A stretch of 63,997 nt of DNA, counting the filler, from Thraustochytrium aureum (taxonomy: Eukaryota), in NCBI GenBank assembly GCA_012862495.1. It is 8 parts of 6 records of this genome, joined end to end, with 100 filler letters (N's around TTAATTAATTAA, not from the genome) between each part and the next. Parts side by side here need not be neighbours in the genome. Positions count along the whole stretch, not along the records: positions 1 to 14,476 come from BLSG01000257.1; 7 more parts are not named here. One strand, given 5' to 3'. The translations under genes and the position numbers were made by a program. This document shows positions 1 to 11,653 of this stretch, in pieces. The notes under the pieces are model-generated. The model searched no databases, was not told where the DNA came from, and worked only from the letters and a program-made list of their open reading frames with translations. Each line of letters begins with the position of its first letter. The stretch's first letter is position 1.

Positions 1-1581
1 TAGCCGCCTCGCTCGCCTCGCTCGCCTCGCGGCCCAAAACAGGCCCAAGGCCAAAGGGGCCGCGGCGAATCCTCGGTAGGGAGGCAAGGCAGGTTGCCAC
101 CGTGTACAAACAAGAAGGAACAAACCGCGGCAGGTGATGCAGGGCTCGGCCGACAGACAGCCCGAACCGAGCGCCTGCGCGCCTCTCGTCAGAGAATGAA
201 CGCCTCCAAGTGGGCACCAAAAAAACTGGAAAACATGACAACAACAAAACAGCAACAACAACATCACAAACAACAAGGAGCGTGCCCGGCGTAGGCGCGA
301 GTCGGTCGCAATCGGCTTTTGCTGCGGTCGGCGCCTCCCCCACACGGCGAGGAAGCAGCAACCTGTACAAAAAACACCGCTTCCTTTGCCCATATTTCCC
401 CCCCTTCTCGCAGCGTGGACGCCAATCCGCAACCGGCCTCGCTCGTGCCTTGACGCACGAACGCCGTTCTGTGTCTCGATCACGCACAACGGCGTCGCGC
501 AGCGCATCTCTGGGACTCGCCATCCGGCGGCCACCGAAACGGTCCTTGGCACGCGAGTAATAGGTACGGCCAGCAGATTTGTTTTTGATTGACACAGATC
601 ATTTGTGCCTGCCTCTCGGACGAACCCTCGAGTCGTTCCAGATCCAGCGTCGACACGAATCCCGGGTCAGTCTGACGCCGTGCCAGCAGCCCTCGGCGGC
701 TGCTTGACAGTGTTGTTGACACGCCATGTGCAGTGAATTCTGACCTTGCCGAGTGATTTCCTTGCCAAAAAACTCCTGTTCTGCAAAGAAAGGAAGAAAG
801 GAAGAAAGGAAAAGTGGAACGGAAGGGAGCAGCCAGCCGTGCACACTANNNNNNNNNNNNNNNNNNNNNNNNNNNNNNNNNNNNNNNNNNNNNNNNNNNN
901 NNNNNNNNNNNNNNNNNNNNNNNNNNNNNNNNNNNNNNNNNNNNNNNNNNNNNNNNNNNNNNNNNNNNNNNNNNNNNNNNNNNNNNNNNNNNNNNNNNNN
1001 NNNNNNNNNNNNNNNNNNNNNNNNNNNNNNNNNNNNNNNNNNNNNNNNNNNNNNNNNNNNNNNNNNNNNNNNNNNNNNNNNNNNNNNNNNNNNNNNNNNN
1101 NNNNNNNNNNNNNNNNNNNNNNNNNNNNNNNNNNNNNNNNNNNNNNNNNNNNNNNNNNNNNNNNNNNNNNNNNNNNNNNNNNNNNNNNNNNNNNNNNNNN
1201 NNNNNNNNNNNNNNNNNNNNNNNNNNNNNNNNNNNNNNNNNNNNNNNNNNNNNNNNNNNNNNNNNNNNNNNNNNNNNNNNNNNNNNNNNNNNNNNNNNNN
1301 NNNNNNNNNNNNNNNNNNNNNNNNNNNNNNNNNNNNNNNNNNNNNNNNNNNNNNNNNNNNNNNNNNNNNNNNNNNNNNNNNNNNNNNNNNNNNNNNNNNN
1401 NNNNNNNNNNNNNNNNNNNNNNNNNNNNNNNNNNNNNNNNNNNNNNNNNNNNNNNNNNNNNNNNNNNNNNNNNNNNNNNNNNNNNNNNNNNNNNNNNNNN
1501 NNNNNNNNNNNNNNNNNNNNNNNNNNNNNNNNNNNNNNNNNNNNNNNNNNNGCTGCGGCGGCAGCCAGGTGCCGAGGCACG

Positions 1582-3371
1582 ATGTCGATCGTGAGGCTGA
1601 CACCGACGGAGCTCGGCCTGCTCAACAAGCACGCGTTCGCGATCTTGTGCTGGCTGCGCGAGAACGAGGCCGAGGCCGGCGACTGCTTCATCGGCAGCGC
1701 GCTGGACGTAGACGATGATGAAGTGCACAAGACTCTGAAGCGTGTTCTGGTCGTGCAGAACAAGAACGGCGGGTTGAGCAAGGACCAACTGGACGAACTC
1801 CTACACCAAGCCGCACCGCCCGTGTGGGCCCGAAGCGTCCACACTCTGTTCACGTCGAGCACGCCGCGCATCGTCCCTGACGGCGCAACCCAGACGATGG
1901 CCAGTGCACTCGACGCAGCGGGCGGCGCCGAGGCGAGCCTCGCGCGTGTGCAAAAGGCCGTCGAGCTCGGGCTCAACCAGCTGACGCTGGAAAACAAGGC
2001 GGCCCTTGGCGAGCTGTGCTCGATTATCAAGGAAACGAGCATGGACGCAGAATGCACAGCAATGTCGATGGCCCCGACCATCATGGTCTCTCCGGACGCC
2101 GACAGCGCCCTGCGCGCACAGGCCAAGACCGTGATGGTCGTCCTCGTTGCTCACTCGAAGGAACTGTTTGCGATGAACGAGGCCGCCCGCCTCCGCGGGG
2201 CTTCGGCCGCCTCTGCGCGCCCGCGCAACCAGTCAGTAGCGCTCAGCGCCGTGGACAAGGCGCGGAGGGCCGCACTCCGCGAGTTTTACGAGTGGCGCGA
2301 CCCTCCGAACGTCGGCCTCGAGGATGGCCTTTTGACAACTACGAGTTTGTGGACGTCGCCAAGGGCGTGATGCACAAGTACGGCGTCCTGCCAGCGCCGT
2401 TCGCCGTGGAGCTTGACGACATGGTCAAGGATGGCGCTGCCGGGCTCGAGTGGTACGACAAAAGCAAGGTGGCCAAGACCAAGCGGTTCTCGATGCTCCC
2501 GATGATCAACCGCAACCCGTTCGCCAAGCCCGCGGCCTACAAGCCCACGCAGGTGGACCGCATCATCGATGAGATCGTCGCTACCGAGGTGAGCTACCAC
2601 GACACGATGCGAGACCTCCTCGAGAAGTACGTCAACACCGTGCGGGACATCGCTGACGGCAAGCGAGGCAACGAAGCTCGCACCCAGCTCGGTCTTGACG
2701 CTCGCACCGTGGAGGACGTGTTCGGCCCTCGCCTGCAGAACGTGCTTAGCGTCTCAAACGGGCTCCTGGCCAAGCTGGACCTCGTCTCGCTCGTCTCGAC
2801 TCCGCCAAAGTCCGACATTGGACGCCCGGGCCTCGTGGCGCAAATCATGTCCGACCACGCCCCCGAGCTGCGCGTCTACGCTCCGTACATCAGCTCGCAC
2901 ATGACAGCCGTCAAGGCCCTCAAAGTGGCCCTGGCCCGCGTCGAAAAGGCGGAAAAGCTCAAAGCCTCCAGCTCGGCGCGCAAGCTCCTCGGCGACAAGA
3001 AGCGCGAGACGCGGGACACCTTCAGCAACCTCTGGTTTCAGCTCTCGTCGGAGAGCAAGCACCTCAGGGGCCACACCCTCGAGTCCATCCTTATCATGCC
3101 TGTGCAGCGCGTGCCGCGGTACAAGCTCTTGCTGGAGACTCTGCGCAAGGAGGTGCCCAAGCTCGACCCGAACCACGCAGCGATGCCAATCATCGACGAG
3201 GCTTACGAGAGCGTCATGACAGCCGCGCTTCAGATCAACACGGCTGTTCGCCAGCACATGAAGCTCGAGTCCTTCTTCGGCAAGGACGAGATGATCAGCC
3301 CGAACAACTCGATCGTACGCAAGGACGCCGAGGGCAACTTTCAGGCCATCGTCAACAGCTATGTTGGGTAG
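1582..3371 (+). CDS. RhoGAP-like + DH (RhoGEF) domain protein; one frameshift near 2330
   Basis: C-terminal ORF has DH motifs (IIDEIVATEVSY, VYAPYI, LESILIMPVQRVPRYKLLL, INTAVR). N-terminal ORF has weak RhoGAP-like segments (PRIVP, LTLENKAALGEL, MAPTIM). One extra T in ggcc-tttt-gac joins them as GLFDNYEF. Confidence 0.8.
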
Positions 3372-3901
3372 GCGGTCTCCTCGCAGCGCGCCCCCAGGGG
3401 CTGCGCGGAGAGCGCCGCCAATGTCCTTTACCAATGCTCACTTGTGCCGCGGCGAGCGAGCCGTGACCCGCCGACGCCTGATCANNNNNNNNNNNNNNNN
3501 NNNNNNNNNNNNNNNNNNNNNNNNNNNNNNNNNNNNNNNNNNNNNNNNNNNNNNNNNNNNNNNNNNNNNNNNNNNNNNNNNNNNNNNNNNNNNNNNNNNN
3601 NNNNNNNNNNNNNNNNNNNNNNNNNNNNNNNNNNGCAAGCCCAACCGATGTTTTCCCACTTCTCGCACCACCTCGCACCTTCTCGAGCCCGTCCCAGGGC
3701 GGTTGCCTCAGGCGTCCAGTCCAGTCCGCGGAAGCGAAACATCAACTTGAAAAGGGCGCCGCGCTTTGTCTAGTTGGTACTCTGCCCGTGCCGTCAATTC
3801 AAGGAAAACGCACTGGCACTCGCACCGCGCGCTACAAACACGGCGCCGCGGTTCGGTGCGAAGTCGACTGCCTTGCGCCTGCAGTGGCGGCGGCGCCAGG
3901 T

Positions 3902-5586
3902 ATGCGCCGCGAGGCGACAGGGGCTGCCGTTGCCCTGCTCGTCTTTAGCGGCGTTCTGTTGAGCAGGCTGCTCGGTCGGCGGGAGGCATGGCCTCTCAAC
4001 GGGGGGATACTCAGCCCCGCGCTCGTCCCCGCCGCCTTGCTGAATATCTCGCCGGTAATCGATGCCAATAGGGCGAACGCAAGCAGCGCGGCTGCGCCTC
4101 CGCCGTTGGGGAACGGAGCACAAGGCCAGCTGGGCAGCTCTGGCGAGAGTGATCCGCCACCAAAAAAATTCCTTCTCTCCCAAACGACGGGGTGCTTGCT
4201 CTGGAACTCGGGGATTGCGCAGCCGCGGCGATCAGGGACGTGCGCGATGATCCTTGCTACGACTCAGCCACGGCCCTGGGTGGCAACGATTGCGGCTGCA
4301 GCCCAATGAGCGCGGAAGGTGCCGCAGCAACAAGAAGAGCACAGGGGACTTGTCGCTGCTTCTCCCTGACGCAAGCCGTTGGCGCGCACTGGACCGCCGC
4401 GCTCTGGCAAAGGACCTCGTCGTCGCCTTCGTCCACGTCAACAAAGCAGGTGGCCAGACCGTCAAAAGCGGAATCTTCGAGACCATCAAAGCGCAGGGCT
4501 GGGACGGCGCAGGTGTTGGGACGACGCAAGGATGGGCATCGGTGACCCAGCTCGAGCGCTTCGGCCGCTACAGGCGCTCGCTGGGCAAGCGGGGCTCGCC
4601 GCACTTTGGGCGCTGGCTGGTCAAGTCCAAGGGGTCCGCCGGCCCCGGCGGCACGCAGTTCTTCGACTGTGGGCGGCAGGCCGCCAAACTCACCCGAAAG
4701 CCGGACGGAGGGCTCAAGTGCCCGCTGCGCGCGGTCTGGGGCGCCTATTCGATGGGGCTCTGCGGCCTGCTCAAGGGCCGGCCGTGCATCTACATCGTCA
4801 GCCTCCGGCACCCTGTCGCGCGCGCCTTCAGCGAGTACAACTACTTTTGCGTAGCAGGCAAGGAAGGCCGAGTCAAGTGGCTTCCCGAGTGGAAACGCGC
4901 TGGGGCGTGCCCGCTCACGATAGTCGAGTACTTTGAGCAGCGCTTGTCATCTCGAACAATCATCGCGGATCGCCTATCGAGGGGCTGCGAGGCAACATGC
5001 TCGCTCGAGGTGGCCAAGGCCAACCTTGCCAATCCCTGTTTGCAGTACATTGTCTTGGAGACATTCCGTCGCGACACGGCCGCGCTCGCAGCGCGCTTGG
5101 AAGGCAGCCCGCTCCGCGACATTTTGCTGCGGCTCACCAAGGCGCAACCGCGCAACACCACGCCGCTGGCCCCTCGCGCTGCAAAGCAGCTCCAAAACAA
5201 CGCAACTGTTGAGCGCCTCCGGGAACTCTTGNNNNNNNNNNNNNNNNNNNNNNNNNNNNNNNNNNNNNNNNNNNNNNNNNNNNNNNNNNNNNNNNNNNNN
5301 NNNNNNNNNNNNNNNNNNNNNNNNNNNNNNNNNNNNNNNNNNNNNNNNNNNNNNNNNNNNNNNNNNNNNNNNNNNNNNNNNNNNNNNNNNNNNNNNNNNN
5401 NNNNNNNNNNNNNNNNNNNNNNNNNNNNNNNNNNNNNNNNNNNNNNNNNNNNNNNNNNNNNNNNNNNNNNNNNNNNNNNNNNNNNNNNNNNAACTCTTGG
5501 ATACAGATATTCAGCTCTACGAGTATGCCGTTGGTCTCTCCGGGCTCAAACGCCGCCAGCAGCTTGCGTCGTGCAACGAGTGGTAA
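3902..5586 (+). CDS. Golgi-type sulfotransferase with N-terminal signal anchor; frameshifts near 4165 and 4318
   Basis: 5'-PAPS motif FVHVNKAGGQTV; 3'-PAPS motif SLRHPVARAFSEYNY; C-terminal LLDTDIQLYEYA; hydrophobic AVALLVFSGVLL. aactcttg is repeated on both sides of the N-gap, so the gap is probably spurious. Confidence 0.75.
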
Positions 5587-5777
5587 ATGTGGTTTATTTT
5601 TTTGGAGCTTGTAATTGTGGATTCGACCGTCGGGTCTGCTCGAGAGCGCGAACGGGAGATCGTTATTACTACGACCGGGGCTTTGGGCAAACGTGGAGCG
5701 CGGTACGACGAGCGTTGCACCAAAGCTCGTGCGCGCCCTTCCATACCTTTTCACAACCACCACAACTCATTGCCTCA

Positions 5778-8213
5778 TCAGATCTCATACCCTAGCGCAA
5801 CAAAAACGGCCAGAGGAAGCGAGTTTGTCCGCGTCAGAAGGCCGCTGAGGTCGAACCCAGCGCCAGCTTGGGCTCCCTTTGCGTCAAGCTGGCCAGAGTC
5901 CGAAACGGCCACAACAAGTATCTCTTGGCCGCCCTCCAGCACCTCAATCCGGTGGGGCGGAAAGATACGGACCACAACATCGTGTTCGTGAAGGACAGCC
6001 ACCGCAGGGAGGGCAGGCGATGCGAGCATCCCGAGAGCCCCATTCCCCTGGCAAAAGGTCTCGGCAGGGATCAGTCCACGAGAGCTGCGTACTTCATCGC
6101 CTATCTCGCCGCCGTCGTCCTGGCCAACCTCGTCCTCGTCCCCGAGCTCGTTCGAAGCCCCCTGCTGGGACTTTTTAAACTTGAGGAGGTGTTCGCGGCG
6201 AGCAGGGCAGATCAGCAGCCTCACCTGGCGCGCACGGGGTTCGACCTCAAGCGAAATCGACCCCATGCGCGGCCGCTTCTGGCGCGTCCCTTGCGCTGCA
6301 GAGTTGCTTCCACCGTCGGGCTCGCCAGGCGTCGTCTGGCCGGCTGGCGAAGGCGCGCTAGCATCTCTCGCTGGTCGCCGCAAGGTTATGAGCGGGCTGT
6401 GGACAAGGCTTGCCACCAACGCGTTGAACCGGGTCTGACGCTTGATCTCATCAACGATCCGCGGAACGACGTCGTGCTGGTCTGGCCGTAGGGCGATGTG
6501 GCCGATAATCGTGCTCAGGTTTTGCTGCGCCGCCGCAGCAGCGGCACCGCTAAGCGCCGGGTCTGTGGCCGACTCGCTTGCTCCCAAGCGAGATTCCACA
6601 CTAGCTCGAATGCGCACTCCCGGTACACCCCCCCGCCCGCCGCCGCCGCCTTCCTCTGCGCGCTGCTCAACGACAATCGTCGTCTGGAGTGGTGGCGGTG
6701 CGCTCAGCGCGTCGGAGCGGATAGGGCGATGCCCGGCGCGCGAAAATAAGAGCGCAAGAGCAGCGCCCTCTCGCGCGTCGCCACCAGCCGCGGGCGTCTT
6801 GGCCGGCGGCGCAGGCTGCCAGCCAAGCTTGGAAAGCGAGGCGATTTCCCTGGCCGTGCTTGCCCCCATCTCTACGGGCGGCTCCAAGGTAAGAACGAGC
6901 GCTGTGCGTTCTTGCCAGTTCGATTCCGCGTTTGGTGTACTATCATGGCGGAAGGTGAGACTTGCGATGATCCTCTGTTGCTCGAGTCGGTTTTGGGGCA
7001 CAACGCACGAGTCATCGACGCTGTTGCCCTGCATCATTGCTTGAGCCCCTGTGCCCCTGCGCAGAAAGCCGCGGGAAACGTTCAAGCGCGGCAACGCGAG
7101 CTCGAGGCCGCGCGCGACCCGGCTCAGGGAAGCGTCCTCGACTGCGCTCATGGCCGCTTCGACATCCTTCCTCAGCTCTTGCAATGATCCCGCCTTGAGC
7201 GCAATTTCGAGCTCTGACCGACGGATGAGGGCGCGGAGCTTGTCGCGCAGAATCTCGAGCCCGCTTTCGTGATCGTCGAGCTTAAAGCTGTCCATGATGT
7301 CCTTGGACTCGTCCTTGAGCTGCGTCTCGGTGCCATCCTCGTTTAGCGCTGTCGTGAGCGTTGCCTCTGTCGGGGTGTAGGTCACTTCGAGCAAAAGGTC
7401 CTCGCCGTGCGTGAGGTATACTTTCTTTTGGGAGTGCAGCTCGTTTACGTAGCAAAACCCCAGGTCGGTCGCAAGGCGGTACAACTTGGAGGGCAAGCAC
7501 AGCGAGTTGACACCGTACCACCCGTCGATCCCCAGTTGCCGCTCGTCGCGTTCAACGTCGGCGAAGGCTTGCAGAGATTTCGACTTGGCGCCCAGGTGCT
7601 GGATCCTCCCGGTGGTCTCGCCGTAGTCCCGCAACCCGCTTACTAGCCGCTTCGCGGCGATCGCGTCTAGCGTGCTGAGGTGCTTTTTGTAGGGCTCTAT
7701 CACAATCTCCTTGATCTGGCCGAGAATTTTCGCGAAAGCGTGCCTTGCAGCGCCGGGCCCCTCGTCGCCGTCGAACGTGCTCGCATTCAGGTGGGCCATC
7801 GCGCGCGCTGAGGCCACCATGACACTCTTCTGGACCGGTGGCAGTGCCTCTGCTGGCCCACCGTCGAGGCTCGCTGCAGCAGCAGCAGCAGCAGCCTCTG
7901 GCACTGGCTCGTCTTCCTCGACATTGCCGACCTCAGCAACGTTCTCAATGCTCCCAAGCCGCAACTTGACGATCTGCCGGAGTCGCTCCAGCAGCGCGCT
8001 CGCAGTATTCTTATCCTCCTCGGCCTCCTCCTCCATGCCGTCAACATCCAAAGTCTCCAGGACGCCGCCATCCTCGAGCGGCCCGCCCAGCAGCATCAGC
8101 TCATCCTCCTCCATCTGCGCACCTTCCACGCCCGCGGCGGCCTTCACGCCGCACCCAAACGGCTCGGCAGGCAGTGGCAAGTCGCGCAGCCGCACCGTCG
8201 TCCACGCCTCCAC
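5778..8213 (-). CDS. MED1: Mediator subunit MED1-like protein (5' end in gap)
   Basis: Collinear resemblance to the MED1 N-terminal domain as recalled: SALLERLR; LPSKLYRLATDLG..VYLT..LLLEV; LVLTLEPPVEM; IGHIAL..VVPRIVDEIKRQTRFNALVASLV; RTNSLPLAV. Confidence 0.6.
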   Translation of the reverse strand: MEAWTTVRLRDLPLPAEPFGCGVKAAAGVEGAQMEEDELMLLGGPLEDGGVLETLDVDGMEEEAEEDKNTASALLERLRQIVKLRLGSIENVAEVGNVEEDEPVPEAAAAAAAASLDGGPAEALPPVQKSVMVASARAMAHLNASTFDGDEGPGAARHAFAKILGQIKEIVIEPYKKHLSTLDAIAAKRLVSGLRDYGETTGRIQHLGAKSKSLQAFADVERDERQLGIDGWYGVNSLCLPSKLYRLATDLGFCYVNELHSQKKVYLTHGEDLLLEVTYTPTEATLTTALNEDGTETQLKDESKDIMDSFKLDDHESGLEILRDKLRALIRRSELEIALKAGSLQELRKDVEAAMSAVEDASLSRVARGLELALPRLNVSRGFLRRGTGAQAMMQGNSVDDSCVVPQNRLEQQRIIASLTFRHDSTPNAESNWQERTALVLTLEPPVEMGASTAREIASLSKLGWQPAPPAKTPAAGGDAREGAALALLFSRAGHRPIRSDALSAPPPLQTTIVVEQRAEEGGGGGRGGVPGVRIRASVESRLGASESATDPALSGAAAAAAQQNLSTIIGHIALRPDQHDVVPRIVDEIKRQTRFNALVASLVHSPLITLRRPARDASAPSPAGQTTPGEPDGGSNSAAQGTRQKRPRMGSISLEVEPRARQVRLLICPARREHLLKFKKSQQGASNELGDEDEVGQDDGGEIGDEVRSSRGLIPAETFCQGNGALGMLASPALPAVAVLHEHDVVVRIFPPHRIEVLEGGQEILVVAVSDSGQLDAKGAQAGAGFDLSGLLTRTNSLPLAVFVALGYEI

Positions 8214-8995
8214 NNNNNNNNNNNNNNNNNNNNNNNNNNNNNNNNNNNNNNNNNNNNNNNNNNNNNNNNNNNNNNNNNNNNNNNNNNNNNNNNNNNNNNN
8301 NNNNNNNNNNNNNNNNNNNNNNNNNNNNNNNNNNNNNNNNNNNNNNNNNNNNNNNNNNNNNNNNNNNNNNNNNNNNNNNNNNNNNNNNNNNNNNNNNNNN
8401 NNNNNNNNNNNNNNNNNNNNNNNNNNNNNNNNNNNNNNNNNNNNNNNNNNNNNNNNNNNNNNNNNNNNNNNNNNNNNNNNNNNNNNNNNNNNNNNNNNNN
8501 NNNNNNNNNNNNNNNNNNNNNNNNNNNNNNNNNNNNNNNNNNNNNNNNNNNNNNNNNNNNNNNNNNNNNNNNNNNNNNNNNNNNNNNNNNNNNNNNNNNN
8601 NNNNNNNNNNNNNNNNNNNNNNNNNNNNNNNNNNNNNNNNNNNNNNNNNNNNNNNNNNNNNNNNNNNNNNNNNNNNNNNNNNNNNNNNNNNNNNNNNNNN
8701 NNNNNNNNNNNNNNNNNNNNNNNNNNNNNNNNNNNNNNNNNNNNNNNNNNNNNNNNNNNNNNNNNNNNNNNNNNNNNNNNNNNNNNNNNNNNNNNNNNNN
8801 NNNNNNNNNNNNNNNNNNNNNNNNNNNNNNNNNNNNNNNNNNNNNNNNNNNNNNNNNNNNNNNNNNNNNNNNNNNNNNNNNNNNNNNNNNNNNNNNNNNN
8901 NNNNNNNNNNNNNNNNNNNNNNNNNNNNNNNNNNNNNNNNNNNNNNNNNNNNNNNNNNNNNNNNNNNNNNNNNNNNNNNNNNNNNNNNNNNNNCG

Positions 8996-10093
8996 GCGGA
9001 CGCGCACGCCGAGGAGGTTGAGTTGGAGCTCCAAGATGCCAAAGAGCAGCTCGCCGAGGCCACGCGCGGCGTCGAAGACAGGGTCTCCCAGTACGAGGAG
9101 GAGCTACGCGCGCAAGCGGACGAGCTTGACGTGGCGCGCACCAAAGCCGCGCAGCTCATCAAGGCGGAGGCCAAAGTGGCCAAGCTCATGCAGAAACTCG
9201 AGGAGTCGAGCCAGCTCCGCGCCAGGCTCAAAGAACTCGAGGACGAGTCGCAGCAGAGCCTGGCGAGAAAAATCGAGCTAGAGGCAGAGATGAAATCCAT
9301 CGGGACCCTTCGCCAGCAGCTCGAGACGTACAAAGCCAAGGCCTCCGACCTCGAGTCGCAGCTCGCGCAGCACCAGAGGGAGCTTCGCGCGAAGGAGGAG
9401 CAGCTCGCGCAAGCTGCTGCCAAGCTCAAGGCTTCAGCAGATAGCGAAAAGTTCCTGAAAGACCAGCTCGAGGCCAGCACAGACGCCATTGCGCAGCTCG
9501 AGGCGGAGGTCGACATGGCGCAAGGTGGCGGCGGCGGGGGCGCAGCTGGGCCAACGCGGGGCGGGCTCGCTGCCGATCTCAGCGCCGCGGCTGCCTCGAC
9601 ACCTCGCGAGTCGGCTGCGAGCAAGCTGGAGAAGCAACGGCTCGAGCAGCGTGTCGCGGCGCTGACGAGCGAGAACGAAGCGCTCAAGGCCAAGGTCGAG
9701 GAGGCGGCCGCAGAGGCGCGCCGCGACGCTGCGCTCGGGGCCACACCCGACCATGTCAGCCGCCTCGCGGAGGAGCTCAAGGCCAAGGAGGAAGAATGTA
9801 AACAGCACGTCAACGACAAGGAAAAGCTCAAGGCATTTGTGCGCCAGTCGCTGAGTGCGACGCAGGAAAAGTACAAGATGACGCTGCAGACCAAGCAGAG
9901 CCAGATCGATGAGCAGCAGGAGATGATCCGCAACTTCAAGTCCATCCGCGAGGAAGACGACGAAACGCACAAGCGTGAGCAGCGCCTTGTGATGAGCTCG
10001 TTCTACGAGCTTGGCTTTGAGATGCAGCGGCGGGCCGCGCTCAAGAGCCAGACGTCAGGGTCCTGGCTCAACAGGCAGCGCACCAAGGTCTGA
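8996..10093 (+). CDS. HOOK: HOOK-family coiled-coil dynein adaptor, C-terminal part (5' end in gap)
   Basis: Long coiled coil ending REQRLVMSSFYELG...SWLNRQR, which matches the HOOK C-terminal signature. Confidence 0.75.
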   Translation, partial: ADAHAEEVELELQDAKEQLAEATRGVEDRVSQYEEELRAQADELDVARTKAAQLIKAEAKVAKLMQKLEESSQLRARLKELEDESQQSLARKIELEAEMKSIGTLRQQLETYKAKASDLESQLAQHQRELRAKEEQLAQAAAKLKASADSEKFLKDQLEASTDAIAQLEAEVDMAQGGGGGGAAGPTRGGLAADLSAAAASTPRESAASKLEKQRLEQRVAALTSENEALKAKVEEAAAEARRDAALGATPDHVSRLAEELKAKEEECKQHVNDKEKLKAFVRQSLSATQEKYKMTLQTKQSQIDEQQEMIRNFKSIREEDDETHKREQRLVMSSFYELGFEMQRRAALKSQTSGSWLNRQRTKV

Positions 10094-10285
10094 TTCGACG
10101 TTGTGTAGGTTCCGAATCGTTTTACATAAATGCTCGTTGAACGTTGCGCGGTACGCCCGCAGGCACTGTCCGGCCGCGCACGCGCCGATCTGTGCTGCCA
10201 TTCTTCCACTCCCGTGGGAGACTGCCGCGGCGGCACGCGAGGCGACGTACAGGGCGACGTGTGCTGTCCGCTGTCGGTGCTCGGC

Positions 10286-11487
10286 TCAGAGTTCGTCAAC
10301 CATCTGCGTGCTCTGCGTGGAGAACTGGCGCTTCCTCAGTTGCTCCACGCGGTGGATCGCCTGCTTGACCTCCTCTTCAAGCGCCGGAGACGACTTGAAG
10401 TCGGAAAAGGCTAGCACCTTCCCGCACCCTGCTTGCGGGCAAAGTTGACCTTTGCGTTTGCTCGCCTGGTACCGATGCTCGAGACCGCTCCGCGAGAAGA
10501 TGTGGCCGCACTTTTCGCTCCGCATGGGCTCTGCCAGCGGAAGCTGCGCTTTTGCTCGTTAGCGCGAGTCGCAAGCAGCGCAACCCGAAGGCGCGGAAGC
10601 AAGCAGGCACTTACCAAGGTCAGGTAGCACTTGACCGGTACGTCCGGGCCCCTGTTGGTCGTTTCGTCGTCAACGTCTTCGACAAAATCTTCGAGCGGGT
10701 CACTGCCCGACTGTTTCCATTGCAAATACAATGTGTGCGCCGTTGCGGACTCTTCGGGTACCTCGGCTGGCACCGCCCCGAGTTCTGCTTCAAGCAACTC
10801 CTTCAAGTTGGGCACAACCGCGTTGAGGGGGTCGGCCTGGAAATTCCAGTCCCGAACTACCGCGCTGACGCGCTCGACTGCCTTTTGCCGCAGTTCGACC
10901 ACCATGAGCTTCTGCACGGTCGAGACCATCAGGGCATCAGCACGTTGCTTGTACACCTCCATCATGCGCAGGTCGTCCTCCACAATGTCAACGTCGCTTC
11001 CAAGCGCACGGCGCACTTCATCGGCCGCCGCGCACAGCATCGGGGCCGTCGTCTCTGCAAGCGCGGTCGTCGCCGTCCTCAACCCTTCCACGGACTTCTC
11101 CACCTCCTTCCTGATCAACTCGACCGACTTCTTCAACTGGCTATNNNNNNNNNNNNNNNNNNNNNNNNNNNNNNNNNNNNNNNNNNNNNNNNNNNNNNNN
11201 NNNNNNNNNNNNNNNNNNNNNNNNNNNNNNNNNNNNNNNNNNNNNNNNNNNNNNNNNNNNNNNNNNNNNNNNNNNNNNNNNNNNNNNNNNNNNNNNNNNN
11301 NNNNNNNNNNNNNNNNNNNNNNNNNNNNNNNNNNNNNNNNNNNNNNNNNNNNNNNNNNNNNNNNNNNNNNNNNNNNNNNNNNNNNNNNNNNNNNNNNNNN
11401 NNNNNNNNNNNNNNNNNNNNNNNNNNNNNNNNNNNNNNNNNNNNNNNNNNNNNNNNNCCAGTTCTCGTTCTCCTCGTACATCATCAT
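10286..11487 (-). CDS. NSE2: SP-RING SUMO E3 ligase NSE2/MMS21; intron 10544-10614, internal gap
   Basis: Spliced sequence reads KCYLTL^LPLAEPMRSEKCGHIFSR...CPQAGC, an SP-RING. The intron has a GTAAGT donor, a GCTAAC branch site and a CAG acceptor. Confidence 0.8.
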
Positions 11488-11607
11488 GGTCGCCACGCCG
11501 AGGCGAAAGCCAAGAGCGCGGAGATTTGCTCTGCCGAGGGCCTACTTTTGCTGATTCTACTGCCGTTGTTGCTGTTCGTCGTGGTTGTTGGCGCGTGAAG
11601 CGGGTGG

Positions 11608-11653
11608 CGATGCCGCGTCCGTCGATGCCGCGTCCGTCGATGCCGCGTCCGTC
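11608..11653. repeat. 15-bp tandem repeat x3 (GATGCCGCGTCCGTC), upstream of NSE2
   Basis: Directly visible. Confidence 0.85.

Noticed and set aside
599..2126. Long ORFs spanning N-runs and long antisense ORFs throughout the track
   Set aside because: Artefacts of X translation through gaps and of high GC3 (shadow ORFs opposite real genes).
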